The position numbers were made by a program, and so were the translations under genes. A stretch of DNA of 64,000 nucleotides from contig NW_027191463.1 of assembly GCF_011745625.1 (NCBI RefSeq), positions 434,001 through 498,000 on the forward strand. The letters are read 5' to 3'. Below the pieces are notes generated by a model, which was given only the letters and a program-made list of their open reading frames with translations, was not told the origin of the DNA and made no database searches. Source of the stretch: Cladosporium halotolerans (taxonomy: Eukaryota). This document shows positions 10,212 to 22,875 of the stretch, piece after piece. How positions within the stretch are numbered: position 1 is the first letter of the stretch; each line of letters starts with the position of its first letter.

Positions 10212-12899
10212 ATGTTCTCCAACGCCCTCAAATCCTTCACCTCCAACATCTCCGCCAACTACACCATCGCCCCGCACCCCTCCTCCACCTCCGGCCCATG
10301 GAAGATCTTCGACGCGAAGCGCAAATCAACCGGCAAAGCGGCCTCCGTCTTCGTCTTCGACCGTAAAGCCCTCGACGCCCAATCCAGCGGCCTCGGCGGG
10401 CGAAGCAGCGGCGGGGTCTCCGTCAAACGTGCACATGAAGAGGTGGTCGAGCGGCTGAAGCGCGAGGCCAGCAGCCTCGCGCGGCTGCGGCACCCGAGCA
10501 TTCTGGAGCTCGCGGAGCCTGTGGAGGAGACGAGCAAGGGCGGGCTGATGTTTGCTACGGAGGCTGTGACGGCGAGCTTGGCGAGTTTGTTGGCGGAGAA
10601 GGACGAGCAGGAGAGGGCGGGCGGGGTTGGGGGGAGGGGGAGCCGGTTTGTGGTGGAAGAGCAGGATGGGACGAGGCATAGGCGGGAGCTGGAGATTGAC
10701 GAGCTGGAGATTCAGAAGGGCTTGTTGCAGCTGGGGAAGGGGCTGGAGTTCTTGCACGAGAGCGCTGGGCTGGTGCATGCGAATTTGACGCCGGATGCGG
10801 TTTTGGTTAATGCGAAGGGGGATTGGAAGATTGCCGGGCTGGGGTTTTGTGGGCCGCATGAGGCGAGCACGGCGGCGACAAGTTTGGCGCCGATACAGTT
10901 GTTTGAGGTGCTGAATCATGATCCTCGATTGCCGGGGCGGGTGCAGTTGAACCTGGATTATACTTCGCCGGACTTTGTGCTGGACAACTCTCTTGTGGCT
11001 TCAGCGGATATGTTCAGTCTGGGTCTGCTGATTCTCGCGCTGTACAACTCGCCACATACTTCGCCTCTCAGTACTGGAGGTTCGCTATCGAGCTACAAAC
11101 GGATTTTCTCGAGCTCTTCCAGCGTACCTACGCAGAGCAACAACTTTCTGGTTCCGTCATCGCATCCGCTGCCAGCGAAACTGAAGTCAGAACTCTTACC
11201 TAAGCTCATCACACGCCGTCCCGCAAATCGACTTTCTGCTCGCGAGTTCCAAGAGGCGAGCTACTTCGACAATATTCTGGTCTCTACAATTCGCTTCCTC
11301 GACAGCTTGCCTGCCAAGACTCCGAATGAGAAAGCACAGTTCATGCGTGGCCTTCCACGTATCATGCCACAGTTCCCCAAGTCAGTGCTCGAGAAGAAAG
11401 TACTGCCCGCTCTACTAGAGGAGATGAAAGACAGAGACATCCTTGCTCCTATCATGAGCAACATCTTCGCGATGGTCAACGCCATGCCGAACGGCAAACG
11501 AGCTTTCACAGAGAAAGTGGTCCCCAGGCTGCGAGAGATCTTCCTGGTGAAGCCGGCCGCCGGCGCGGAGAAGGACACAAGCCGCGAGGGCGGACTCATG
11601 ATTCTGCTGGAGAACATGCAAACAGCGGCGCAGAACTGCGCTGGAAAGGAGTTCCGCGACAACATCCTGCCTATCATCCTCTTGGCATTGGAGAGCTCGA
11701 CACACGGCCTGGTCGACGCAGCCCTGCAGGCTCTACCACACCTCCTCCCAGTCCTCGACTTCAGCACCATCAAGAACGAGCTCTTCCCCGTAATTGCCAA
11801 CGGCTTCGCAAAAACAAGCAGCCTCGCCATCAAGATTCGCGGCTTAGAAGCCTTCTACGTCCTCTGCGGCGGCGGCCCCGACGGCAGCGACGACGACCTC
11901 AACGGCATCGGCATCCAAGACAAAAAACCCAACAGCGCCAGCAGCAGCATCATCCTCGACAAATTCACCGTGCAGGAGCGCGTCGTGCCCCTCCTCAAAG
12001 GCATCAAGACCAAAGAGCCCGGCGTGATGATGGCCGCGCTGCGCGTCTTCAAGCAGGTCGGCGAAGTCGCCGACACAGACTACCTCGCCATGGAAGTCCT
12101 GCCGCTGCTCTGGACTTTCAGCCTCGGCCCGCTGCTGAACTTGCAGCAGTTCCAGGCTTTCATGGGATTGATCAAGACTCTTTCGGGCAGGATCGAGCGC
12201 GAGCAGACGCGGAAGCTGCAGGAGCTGGGCTCGTCTGGTACAAACAACGGTGCTAGCACACGGAGCCGCAACACCGCCGCACCCTCGAATGCCAACGGCC
12301 TGGCCAACGGAAACGACGAGCTGGACTTCGAAAGCCTCGTCTCCGGCCGCAAGCCCGCCGCCAACGGCAACAGCAACGACCTCATGAACGACTGGGCCGC
12401 CCCGGCTCCCACCCCAGCGCGGAGCACCAATTCCAACCCGTCCACTTTCTCCTGGCAGACCGCCCCTGCGCCCCAGCAGCAGCAGCCCGGCACCCTCCGC
12501 CCCGCCATCCAGCCCCAAACCTCCCGCGCCATCACTCCAGACCAATCCCTCTCCTCTTTCGCCAGCCTGACGCCCGCGAGCCCGTGGTCGCAGCCGCTGC
12601 AGCCTTCTGCGCCGGTGCCCTTCAGGCCGGCGCAGAATAGCGCGAGTGCCGCGGGCTCTTCGGGTGGGGGAATCGATTGGTCCGCTGCGATGAGCGGGAG
12701 TGGTGCTGCTGCTTCTTCTTCGTCGGCGGCGGCGTGGGGCGGGCAGAGGCCTGCGGCGGGAGGGAGCGCGGGTTCTTTCAGTATCAAGCCGCCGCCGATG
12801 AGTCCGCAGGCGACGGGCACTGGGACGGGGCAGTTTGGGATGCAGGCTTCGGGGCAGGGACAGAAGAGTGGGTTGGATAAGTATGAGAGTTTGATCTGA
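10212..12899 (+). CDS. SCY1: SCY1-like pseudokinase with HEAT repeats (SCYL2 type)
   Basis: LKREASSLARLRHP, GLEFLHESAGLVH, WKIAGLGF; HEAT region; low-complexity tail ending GLDKYESLI. Confidence 0.92.
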   Translation: MFSNALKSFTSNISANYTIAPHPSSTSGPWKIFDAKRKSTGKAASVFVFDRKALDAQSSGLGGRSSGGVSVKRAHEEVVERLKREASSLARLRHPSILELAEPVEETSKGGLMFATEAVTASLASLLAEKDEQERAGGVGGRGSRFVVEEQDGTRHRRELEIDELEIQKGLLQLGKGLEFLHESAGLVHANLTPDAVLVNAKGDWKIAGLGFCGPHEASTAATSLAPIQLFEVLNHDPRLPGRVQLNLDYTSPDFVLDNSLVASADMFSLGLLILALYNSPHTSPLSTGGSLSSYKRIFSSSSSVPTQSNNFLVPSSHPLPAKLKSELLPKLITRRPANRLSAREFQEASYFDNILVSTIRFLDSLPAKTPNEKAQFMRGLPRIMPQFPKSVLEKKVLPALLEEMKDRDILAPIMSNIFAMVNAMPNGKRAFTEKVVPRLREIFLVKPAAGAEKDTSREGGLMILLENMQTAAQNCAGKEFRDNILPIILLALESSTHGLVDAALQALPHLLPVLDFSTIKNELFPVIANGFAKTSSLAIKIRGLEAFYVLCGGGPDGSDDDLNGIGIQDKKPNSASSSIILDKFTVQERVVPLLKGIKTKEPGVMMAALRVFKQVGEVADTDYLAMEVLPLLWTFSLGPLLNLQQFQAFMGLIKTLSGRIEREQTRKLQELGSSGTNNGASTRSRNTAAPSNANGLANGNDELDFESLVSGRKPAANGNSNDLMNDWAAPAPTPARSTNSNPSTFSWQTAPAPQQQQPGTLRPAIQPQTSRAITPDQSLSSFASLTPASPWSQPLQPSAPVPFRPAQNSASAAGSSGGGIDWSAAMSGSGAAASSSSAAAWGGQRPAAGGSAGSFSIKPPPMSPQATGTGTGQFGMQASGQGQKSGLDKYESLI

Positions 12900-14098
12900 T
12901 GTGATCTGATTGTGAGCGTTCTAGCAGATTGTATGGCGCATGTGATACCCTTTTGATATAGATGTTGCTATTCTATGAAGTGGAGTGGAGGTTGGAGATT
13001 GAGAGGTACTCATAGCTTGTCATCACTTTTGTCACGTTCTTCGGCATCAAGTTGCAAGCATCGATACTACCGTAACAAAGCCACTGAGAACACCATCTCG
13101 ACCCGATCACAATACTGCCTGCCTCTATGTCGATGACTCGAGCCTTGTCTCACACCAATGCTCGCTCCAACCGCAAACGAGGGTTGATTGACTTTCGCAG
13201 CCGGCCATCGGAGCCCGCCTGGCGCTGGCCCAGATGGCGTCAGGCGAGCTTCGCAATGAGGCAATTCCGCCATTGCCCACCTACCTACCTCACTCCAGCT
13301 CGCACGCCGTTCCTGACGATCGCGCAATCCCCCCCATCAGCCGCATCCCACGCCCATCGCCATCCCACCGCGGCTCTGCTTGCATTACGCGTTCCTCGAA
13401 GCTCTGCATACCCACACCAGCGCCTGCCCTCTGCGTACCTGAGCTGCGAGCTGTTTCATCACCTGGAGCTGGCGTGCGCTTAGCCGCTTCGGGCTAAGCG
13501 CATCCCCCGCTCCCCCGCAAAAGCTTAAAGGCCGGCGTGGTCGTGTGAGCACTGCAGGCCTATTGGGTTGGCGGGCGCGCGTGAGAGCTGCGGTACGGTA
13601 CCTGCTAGGAGGAAGCGTACCTTGATTGCCTTGGGCGTGCGGCTGCTGTCTGCCGGATGGGGGCGGATGGCGTTGTGGGAGGTGATATGTAGATGGTGTG
13701 AGGTGATGGCGATAAGGGATCGAGTGATGGAGACGTGATCAAATCAAGAGATGTTTCGTCACGTGCCCCCGGTCTGTACGGGCTCGTCTTCACGCATACG
13801 TGAGGCAAGGGCAGGGCAGGCAGGCAGGCACGACGCGGCTGGAGCAGGCATCGATCAGCGCCGCTTGCCGCCGCTCGCCGCGCCGCACCTCATCAACCCC
13901 CAGGTCACGAGGGCGCTCGCGGAGCACCCCGCTCCAGAGCATGCGAAGCTATGGCCTGATGCGCGACGATTGACCTCGACCTCGACCTGCTCCTGCCACC
14001 TTCTTCCTTCTCTCACACTGACTGATCGCATCTCTGCTTGGGATCTCGCTCAATCATCCAGCTCAACTCACCTGCTCCTTCACGTTCGACCACCTCTC

Positions 14099-14132
14099 CA
14101 ACCAACCAACCAACCAACCAACCTACCAACTA
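14099..14132 (+). repeat. (CCAA)n microsatellite in 5' UTR
   Basis: ccaaccaaccaaccaaccaaccaaccta directly upstream of ATG 14149. Confidence 0.8.
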
Positions 14133-14148
14133 CCCACCCCTTCCAACC

Positions 14149-14966
14149 ATGTCTGCAGACATTGCCACCCAGCCCCTCAGCAAGGTCGATTCGGCCGTTG
14201 ATGACGCCCCGGCATCGCCGACGGAGAGCAAGATCAAGCATCGTAGAACGAGCAGCACCGTCAGCGGAGTCTTCAACATCAATGACCTCGGTGAGTGAGC
14301 GTTGCGCATTGCGCTCGCTGCGCACGCGACGCGCATCACGTGCTTCAGAGCACCAAGCTGACGTCCGACCAGAAAAGCAAAACGTCGACCTTGCCATTGC
14401 GCCCGAGACACAAAAGCTGAACTGGTGAGTGAGCTGTTCCCCCATGTATCACCCTCGCTGCTATGGCTGAGCGTGAGCCCGTCACTTCGCGGTGGCGTCG
14501 AGCTCAAGCAGCCTCACCTGCCGCAGTTCCCGGCTGACCCCGCCTCCCAGGAAACTCAACTCCTCGCCCTCAACAGTCGAGGACAAGGACATGCTCAAGA
14601 AGATGCTCACGGACCCGCCCATCAAGAAGATCGACCTGGTCTTCCCGCTCGGCCTCGAAGTCACCGCCCGCAACCTGCGCGGCGTCACCATCAAGGACGC
14701 GTTAGACGCCATCTACAAGCAGTTCAAGAAGAAGGTATGTCTTCCTACTGCTTCAACAGCACATTCTTGTGGAGAAGTCTCAGTTGCTGACATGTATCTC
14801 TCCACAGGCCGACGACGAGCTCGACGCCCCCTACCTCCGCGGCTTCGAGTGGGACCGCGAGGAGTGCTACACCCGCTTCATCGTGCACCAGAAGAAGACC
14901 GGCGACCAGCCCGTGGGCGAGGGCAAGAAGAAGGGCAAGAAGGCCAAGGGCGAGGAGGGCGCCTAG
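14149..14966 (+). CDS. Conserved-type fungal hypothetical protein; exons 14149-14290, 14373-14424, 14551-14734, 14808-14966
   Basis: Three canonical introns join MSADIATQ...NINDL/EKQNVDLAIAPETQKLNW/KLNSSPS...FKKK/ADDELDAPYLRGFEW into one frame; strong codon bias. Confidence 0.85.
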
Positions 14967-15827
14967 AAAGGTCGCCTTGTAATGAACGCACGTCTGGCGA
15001 CCGTTCGCTCCTTCTTGAGGTCGAAACCAGACGGCGTGATGAGCGAGAATGGCCTGAGCGAGCTCGGCTGTTTGATTTTTGACGACTTGGGAAAAACATC
15101 ATGGATGGCCAGTGGGATAGGGCCCAGGGGTGTAGCTTCCTTCCGATGATGGAGCAATGCATTCTGCCGGTGTACTGCTAGCTAGACCATAGCGATGTGT
15201 TAGGTCCTTTGATGAAGACGATCCTTTTATGACTGACTTTTGTGATGCTTTTTGCTCGTATGAGTGTTCGCATGGCTAATGAAATATAAGGAGCATTTCT
15301 ACTTTCGTTTCTTTACCTCTTCCAGCGAGACGACTGAAGTGCCACATCGCAGAGCGTGCGAGCACGGGCAGTGGAGCGCTGGGTGGATTCGGTGGGTGGG
15401 AGGACCCGCTCGGGTTACCGAAAAGGGCTTAGCACCTCCATCCGTCCCCCATAGCACGTTAACGTCTCATCATGAGGTTAGAAGACCTGCTTCACTTCCG
15501 GACATTTATTATTTCGTTACGCGTTAGGTATATAGCTACCTCAATGGTCATCACTTTCAGACTTCTCCCCCTCGTCAAACAGCATGCTCTTCCCTGTGTC
15601 TCAGTCACCGGGATCGCGTCCGATGTGCGCCGGCGAAATGAGCTCCATTCGGCGAAATCGGCCAATGACGACATTCAGGTCTTGCTGCACGTTGATATAA
15701 GCTTTACAGTGATTGACATAAGAGGATCGCGGGGCAAGTGTAAGATGAGGAGAAGGGATTCTTTGCTCAATGTTGAAGCATTGATTCCCGTTCTCGCATC
15801 CGGACGATCTGAAATCGATCGAAAGAA

Positions 15828-18800
15828 ATGCATCTCATTCCTCGCGAGGTAATGCCGTAAAGTGAGGACTTCCACTGAAGAGCACGCTGACCACAAATCA
15901 ATAGCTAGATGCGCTCCTCATCTCACACGTCGGCTTCGTAGCACAACGAAGACTGGCGAGAGGTATTCGGCTTAATCATGGCGAAGCGACGGTATCGCCA
16001 TCTACTACTCTGATTTTCGCGTTCAATAGATCTCTGACCTGCTGGCAAAGGCTCTCCTCTCCTCCGTCCTCCTGGAGGTTCGTCCCTCCGTTCCCAAGAC
16101 CACAGGCTCGTCGCCTAGATAACACCAATCTCAGCTCGTCCGTGATGGAACGCACTCCGTAACATCCCTAATGTCCTTTGGCAAACAAATCCTCGGCCGC
16201 CGCCACGTCGACCCAAGCGTCTTGTCGACTCTCCCCCAACTCCAAGTCGAAGGCACGTTCCCCACCGGCACGCACTTGATCACCGTCGACCAGCCGATCA
16301 GCAGCGACGAAGGGGACCTGCGGAAAGCGCTTTACGGGACCCATCTCCCTGTGCCGGAGGATGACTTGTTCCCGCCGCTCGAAGAGGAAGAGTACGCGGA
16401 CGAAAAGTGCCCTGGCGCCGTCGTCGCCGCCAAGGCCGAGCGCATCGAGCTCAACAAGGGCAGGAAGCGCGTCCGCGTAAAGGTCACTAACAAAGGCGAC
16501 CGTGCGATCCAGGTAATGAAAGCCAGAGCGCCCCTTCCCTTCCAGTTCCATTGCCAGGGGGGCAAAATGCGCTTGAAATAACCCGAGCTCACTTCTCCCG
16601 CCACAGGTCGGCTCGCACTACCACTTCATCGAATCCAACCCGGCGCTCTCCTTCGACCGCCTCAAGGCCTACGGCTTCCACCTCGACATCGCCGCCGGCA
16701 CGTCCGTGCGCTTCGAGCCCGGCGAGGCCAAGACCGTCCAGCTCGTCGCCATCGGCGGCCTGCGCACCATCAAGGGCGGCAGCAGCATCGCGCCGGGCGT
16801 CGTCGACCTGTCCATGGCCAACACCATCCTGCGCCGCATGAAGGAGGCCGGCTTCCTGCACGTGCCGGAGCCGGAGCCGGCGGTAGCAGAGGTCACGGAG
16901 GCCTTCACGATGAGCCGCGAGGAGTACGCGAGCATGTACGGCCCGACGGTGGGCGACCGCGTGCGGCTGGCGAGCACGGGGCTGTGGGTGAGCGTCGAGA
17001 GGGACTTCACGGTGCACGGCGACGAGTGCACGTTTGGCGGCGGCAAGACGCTGCGCGACGGCATCGGGCAGGCCAGCGGGCGGTCGGACGACGAGTGTCT
17101 TGATCTGGTCATCACGAACGCACTGGTGATCGACTGGAGCGGGATCTTCAAGGCTGATATTGGCGTCAAGGGCGGGTTTATCGTCGGCATCGGCAAGGCG
17201 GGCAATCCGGATGTGATGGACTATGTGGATCAGAAGCTCATTGTCGGGTCGACTACCGATGTCATTGCTGGGGAGGGCAAGATAGTCACGGCCGGGGCGA
17301 TCGACACGCATTGCCATTTTATTTGCCCGCAGCAGGCGGAGGAAGCGATCGCTTCTGGCGTGACGACGATGTTCTCTGGCGGGACGGGCCCAAGGTATTT
17401 GTCGGGATCGATGCGAGGAGTCTGAACAATTTGAGCTGACTACAGCAGTACCGCCACCATCGCCGCCAACTGCACGCCGGGCAAACACAACATCCGCAAC
17501 ATGATGCAGGCCTGCGACCACTTGCCCGTCAACTGCGGCATCATCGGCAAGGGCAGCGACACCGGCGTCCCCGGCCTGCACGACCAGGTCAAAGCAGGCG
17601 TGGCCGGGCTGAAAGTGCACGAAGACTGGGGCTGCACGCCTTCGTCGATCAACAACGCCCTAGAGTAACAAGACATCTTATCCACGACCACCGCAGGGAG
17701 CAGAAGCTGACAGACCCGCAGAGTATGCGAAGAATACGACATCCAATGTGAGCTACACAGCGACTCGCTGAACGAAGCCGGCTTCGTCGAGCAGACCGCC
17801 GCGGCCTTCAAAGGCCGCACCATCCACGCCTACCACATCGAAGGCGCCGGCGGCGGGCACGCGCCGGACCTGATCAAGCTCGTCCAGGAACCCCACGTCC
17901 TGCCCAGCAGCACCAACCCGACTTGCCCATACACGACCGACACCGTCGAGGAGCACCTCGACATGGCCATGTCCTGCCACCACCTGTCGAAGAACATCCC
18001 GGAGGACATCGCGTTCGCGGAGTCGCGGATCCGCGCCGAGACTATCGGCGCCGAGGACGTGCTGCACGACTTGGGCGCCATCAGCATGATGTCGTCGGAC
18101 TCGCAGGCCATGGGCCGCTGCGGCGAGGTCGTCTCGCGCACCTGGAACATGGCCCACGCTAACAAGGAGCGCCGCGGCTGCTTGTCCGAGGACGAGGGCT
18201 CCGGCACAGATAACCACAGGGTCAAGCGCTATATCAGCAAGTACACGATCAACCCGGCCATCACGCAGGGCGTCAGCCACATCGTCGGCTGCGTCGAGGT
18301 GGGCCGGCTCGCGGACCTCGTCGTCTGGGAGCCGGCGTTCTTCGGCGCCAAACCGTCGCTTGTGCTGAAGAGCGGCTTCGTAGCGTCTGCGCAGATGGTG
18401 AGTGAGCACTTCCAACCTTCCCTCAACCCAACCCAACCAAACTAACCAACAACCCCACCAGGGCACCCCAAACGGCTCGTACGCCCATCCTCCCCTCCCC
18501 CCCCCTCCCCCTCCCCCTCAAAAAACCCACACACTAACCCCCCCTCCCAAAACCAGCATATCAACCGTCCAACCCATCCTCTCGCGCCCCATGTTCTCCG
18601 TGCGTGTCCCCTCTCCCAAAACCCGCCCCCGCAACTAACCCAAACCACCGCGCAACAGCCCCTCACCCCCAGCGCAAGCCTCCTCTTCGTCTCCCACGCC
18701 AGCCTGGCCAACGGCGCCGTCGAGTCTTACGGGCTGCGCGCGCGCGTCGAGCCCGTCAAGAACTGTCGCAGGGTCGGCAAGCACGATATGAAGTTCAATG

Positions 18801-19041
18801 GCGCGACGCCCGAAGTGCGGGTCGATGTTGAGACGTTTGTGAGTTTTCCGTCCGTTCTGCTTTTGTTTCTTTTTGGTTGCTTGTCTGATGGGGGTTTGGT
18901 CCATTGGGTTTTGGGTGTGGTGTTTAGCTGGACTAGGCTGACGGTTGGGTGCTCTCGCAGGAAGTGACGGCCGACGGGGAGAAGTGTGTCGCGGAGCCGG
19001 CGGCTGTGCTGCCGTTGGCGCAGAAGTGGTCTGTCGCTTGA
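15828..19041 (+). CDS. URE1: Urease (fused gamma-beta-alpha), 11 exons: 15828-15848, 15905-15991, 16051-16077, 16135-16512, 16607-17394, 17449(or 17446)-17664, 17722-18397, 18462-18478, 18557-18599, 18659-18838, 18961-19041
   Basis: MHLIPRELD...[78 protein letters not shown]; the splice model keeps one frame. Confidence 0.93.
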
Positions 19042-19266
19042 TGGGATGGGGTCGTACTGCAAAGGAAGAGGAAAAGACGAATCGAACGGACGAGAGGAAC
19101 GACAGAAGGGGAGACATCGAGGCGAGGCGAGCAAGATTGGGAATCGTAAACGGACGTCTTCCATTAATCACGTCGTCGTCGTCGTCAAAGTAATCGACGG
19201 CTTTTGGTAGTAAAAAGCATCTAAAACATAATCGTCAAAACCCCTTCCCTCAACCCACCCCCCACC

Positions 19267-21249
19267 TCAAATCCTCTCCTCGTCCTTCAGCGCCGCCCCG
19301 CGACCCTTGTACTTCGTCGACTGGATCATGTTCAGCTCGTCCTCGCGCTTGTCGAGGTCGCGCCACGTGAACCAGAATCCCACACCGCCCGCGGCAGCCA
19401 GGATGGCCACAAGGCCGTAGTTCCAAATGAGCAACGGATCCGCGGACAGCGGCACGAGCGCCTGGCCCAGCGCGGCGCTGAACGCCGTCTGCAGCAGGTT
19501 GACGCCCATGACGAGGCCGCGCATGTTCTCGGGCGCCTTGGAGAAGGCGTACTCGAGGCCCGTGATGGAGGCGAAGATCTCGCTGAAGGCGATCAGGCAG
19601 TAGGGCACGGCCTGCACCCAGACGTTGATGGGCGCTTTGCACTCGGCGTCGGAGCTGACTTGGGAGGCGGGGCAGGGCGACAGCTTGTAGATGTAGTATT
19701 GCATTACGCAGGAGGAGATCATGGCCGCGGAGGCGATGCCGAAGCCCCATGTCTGTTGGGTTGATGTTAGTCATTGGTCGTGGCGTGGTGAAAACACGTG
19801 GTTTGGGGCAACTTACGATACGCTTGATGGGGGTGAAGTGGATGTGGGCCTTACGCAGGGCGGGGTAGACGAAGGTGTCGACGATAGGAATGAAGATGAC
19901 GAGGGTGATGGGGTTGAGGTTGTTGATCAGGTCGTTGGGCACGCCGTTCAGCTGCATGACGGCCGACATGGAAGTGAGGTTGTCGGTCATCTGGTTGTAC
20001 GCGAGCCAGTACAGGGGCAGCCAGAAGAAGACCTTGCAGGCGTTGAAACCACGCGCGACCTGGTCGACCCAGACGTCGTCGATGCCGTTCATCCAGGCGG
20101 GCGCGGCGGAGCCGAGCGCGCTGGGCTTGACCTTGTGCCAGAAGTCGTCGCGCTTCATGTTGCGGTAGGTCTGGGCGGGGTTGGCGGACCAGCAGCCCTT
20201 GCTTGCGAGCTTGAGCAGGGCGAAGGCCTTGGAGGTGACGGAGCCGGTGGGCGGGTTGAGGCGGTAGAACTTCTTGCAGCCAATAAGGATGACGGGGCAG
20301 AAGAAGAAGAGGAAGGTCGGGAGGGCGAAGGAGAGCCAGAAGCCGATGTACTTCTCGATGTAGACCATGCCGATGCCACCAGCGAGAGAGCCCAGGTTGA
20401 TCATCATGTAGAAGTAGAGGAAGACGCGGGAGACGGTGACGGCCGGGTCCTGGATGACGCGCTCGCCGTTCTTGGCCGTGATGACCTTGGGCCGGGTCTG
20501 CTTGATCTGCTCGGCGAGCAGGGGAGAGACGTTGGATTTGAAACCACCGACACCAATGCCGAAGATGACGAGACCGACGGCGAAGCAGCCCATGGCACCC
20601 TCGGGGTTGTCCATGACGCTCGGGATCGAGGAGACAATGAGCATGACGTGACCGACGATGGCGAACAGGATAGAGTACTGGATGGTGGTGTAGCGTCCGA
20701 GGTAGGTGTCGGCAATGTAACCACCAAGCAGGGGCATCAAGTCTGTCACAATGGTGGTTAGCTTTGAAAAAACGAAGATCACATGCAAATTCACTTACAA
20801 GCCCAGAACTGGTTGAAACGAACGAGACCGGTAGAGGCCTGCTGGCCCTGGTCGAGACCACCGGCCTGCTCGCAAGCGGCTGCGCTGGTGGCATCGATGC
20901 AAGCCTGCGACATGTTCATGGCACCGGTCCGGGAGCCGTAGGGGCGCGGCTGCTGGATGAAGTTGACGAAAATGGCGGTGGTGCCGTAGTAGGAGAAACG
21001 CTCGCAGAACTCGACGGCGGTGATGGTCATCGCCTGCCAGCTGATGGGACCGCTGATGCGGCGAAGGGTCTGCAGCTCCTCTTCGGTCGGCTCGATGCCG
21101 TCGACGCCATCGTCCTCCTCGACGATGATGCTGCTGTTCTCGCGGGTGTCGGTGGTGGTGAGGACGACCTTCTTCTCGTTCGATGCGCTCGCAACGCTGG
21201 GGCGACGCGCCTCCGCGTAGGCGGCGAGGTCAGCGTCCATGGCCTGCAT
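19267..21249 (-). CDS. PTR2: POT/PTR-family di/tripeptide transporter; exons 21249-20799, 20742-19817, 19752-19267
   Basis: EFCERFSYYG, GGYIADTYLGRY, FYMMINLGS, GLEYAFSKAPENMR signatures; two canonical introns. Confidence 0.93.
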
Positions 21250-21419
21250 GTTGGCGGTGATGTGCTGCGAGAGCGGCCAAGTGAGGGGCAGGAGGAGATT
21301 GGACAGGCGGTGGAGGGTGAACAGGACCTGAGCAGCAGGACTCGACCGGGTGGGTGCTCAGTGATACCTACATATACCTACTGGATATGCGCTGCGAGCC
21401 TCGGCGCCGGCGTGGGTGG

Positions 21420-21975
21420 AAAAGGCTATCTACATGGAGGGCGGCGAGGGGCTAGCGGGGTGGTGGTGGCGCCGGGCGGCGATAGGAGCACGCGAGCAGG
21501 ACCTCTCGCTCAATCACCAGCGCGCCAGGTATCGACAGTGATCCTGCGCCGCGGCTCGTATTACCATTGCGCGCGCGGGTCGACCAGTGAGATAGCGGCG
21601 AATGCAACAGTAGCATGGCATATCTGCACACGCGACGGGGCTAAAAGGTGGTGCCAAGCGGCGGCGCAGTCTTGAAGCGGCTTGGGTTGCAGCACGCAAC
21701 ACCAAGAAGTGCTTGACCCACGGGGGCGTTTGGCGGAGTGAAGCGTTGCGGCGGCGCGCTGGGCGGGAGGCGCGCCTTGGCGCCAACGCTGCCAGAGCCA
21801 AACGGGCAGGAGAAAGGGAGGCAGGGTCCCTGAGGAGGCTGCTGCCCGCTATCCGACCTCTTGGCTCGCGTTCTGAGCCCGCGGCGCCTCTGCTGCTTTG
21901 GGCGTGAGCCGATATCACAAGTACCAGCGAGACCAACGAGATAGCCTGTCGCCCGTCTCGCCCACCGATAGCCGC
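21420..21975. promoter_or_regulatory. Putative PacC (GCCARG) and AreA (HGATAR) sites upstream of PTR2
   Basis: GCCARG at 21524, 21653, 21776(rc), 21860(rc); GATAG at ~21426(rc), 21480, 21590, 21939, 21966. Region is GC-rich, so chance matches are possible. Confidence 0.35.
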
Positions 21976-22290
21976 CCGGCGCAAGATGCAATTGGCAGCT
22001 GGCAAGAAATGTGGAGGTCAAGCCCGAGAGCACGTGGGTGTGGAGGGCCAGAACTTGGTGCTCGCACGGTTGGAGAGGCGCGCAGAAGGCGCCTGGAAGG
22101 CCTGCTCTGCCCAGTCGCTCGGGTCGCGGCAAGGGAGACGGGCACGAGGTGTTGGAAGGATTTCGTTGGTATCAGCGGAAATACTGCATAGTTGTTCCAT
22201 CCTATAGACCACGCGCATTTGCGCCCGCGACAGCCATCTCGACCTGCCCGCGTCGCTCCTCGAGAGTCTTGGTCTTGCTCAAAAAATCTG

Positions 22291-22875
22291 CTAGTCTAAT
22301 TCCATTTCCACGCCTTCGCCGTGGAAGCTTCCTTGCAGAGCTTGGTCCCCCTTGACACCCGCTAGCTCCTCGTCCGTGATCTGGGCTGCCGGCTTCTGCC
22401 ATGCGGCTCTCCAGCTGCCCTGCACGCCCACCACGTACTTCTTGCCATCCGTGGGAATCCACGGAGAGGCCAGCTTGAGCTCGCGCATTGCAGAGGACTT
22501 GGCTGCAATTTCTTGCAATGCGTCTCGTGGCGGCGGTAGTTGGCGACTCATCTTCATTCCCGGCGAGGGAATGTCGGCGCCAGTCTCGGCGTCTTTGAGG
22601 GTCACAACGCCCGTGTTGACAGCCGATGGGTCAAATGGCGTGTCCCATGTGAGGAAGGTGATGGTGTGCTCAGGGTCGCTATTGCGAATAGTGCACGCCA
22701 CCGAGGAGTTCGCCGAACCGGCCGAGAGTTCGACGGTGAGCGGGTGCGTGGACCCGGCACTTGCAGGTGCTGCGGGCATGTTGCTGACTGGTAGGTGTGG
22801 CGAAGGGCGGTGGACGTGGGTTGATGATACTGCAGTGAGGCAGAGGAGTCCGGCGAGAAGTGCACGTCTTGCCAT
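22291..22875 (-). CDS. Secreted protein resembling the deuterolysin (M35) propeptide, no catalytic domain
   Basis: Signal peptide; LTVEL...VACTIRN...TFLTWDTPFD...PGMKMSRQLPPP...DGKKYVVGVQG parallels the prodomain of the adjacent M35 gene; no HExxH. Confidence 0.7.
   Translation of the reverse strand: MARRALLAGLLCLTAVSSTHVHRPSPHLPVSNMPAAPASAGSTHPLTVELSAGSANSSVACTIRNSDPEHTITFLTWDTPFDPSAVNTGVVTLKDAETGADIPSPGMKMSRQLPPPRDALQEIAAKSSAMRELKLASPWIPTDGKKYVVGVQGSWRAAWQKPAAQITDEELAGVKGDQALQGSFHGEGVEMELD

Noticed and set aside
13067..14100. Several 70-225 aa ORFs and GC-rich stretches
   Set aside because: No codon bias or motif; most simply promoter/5' leader of the 14149 gene. No ncRNA signature could be supported
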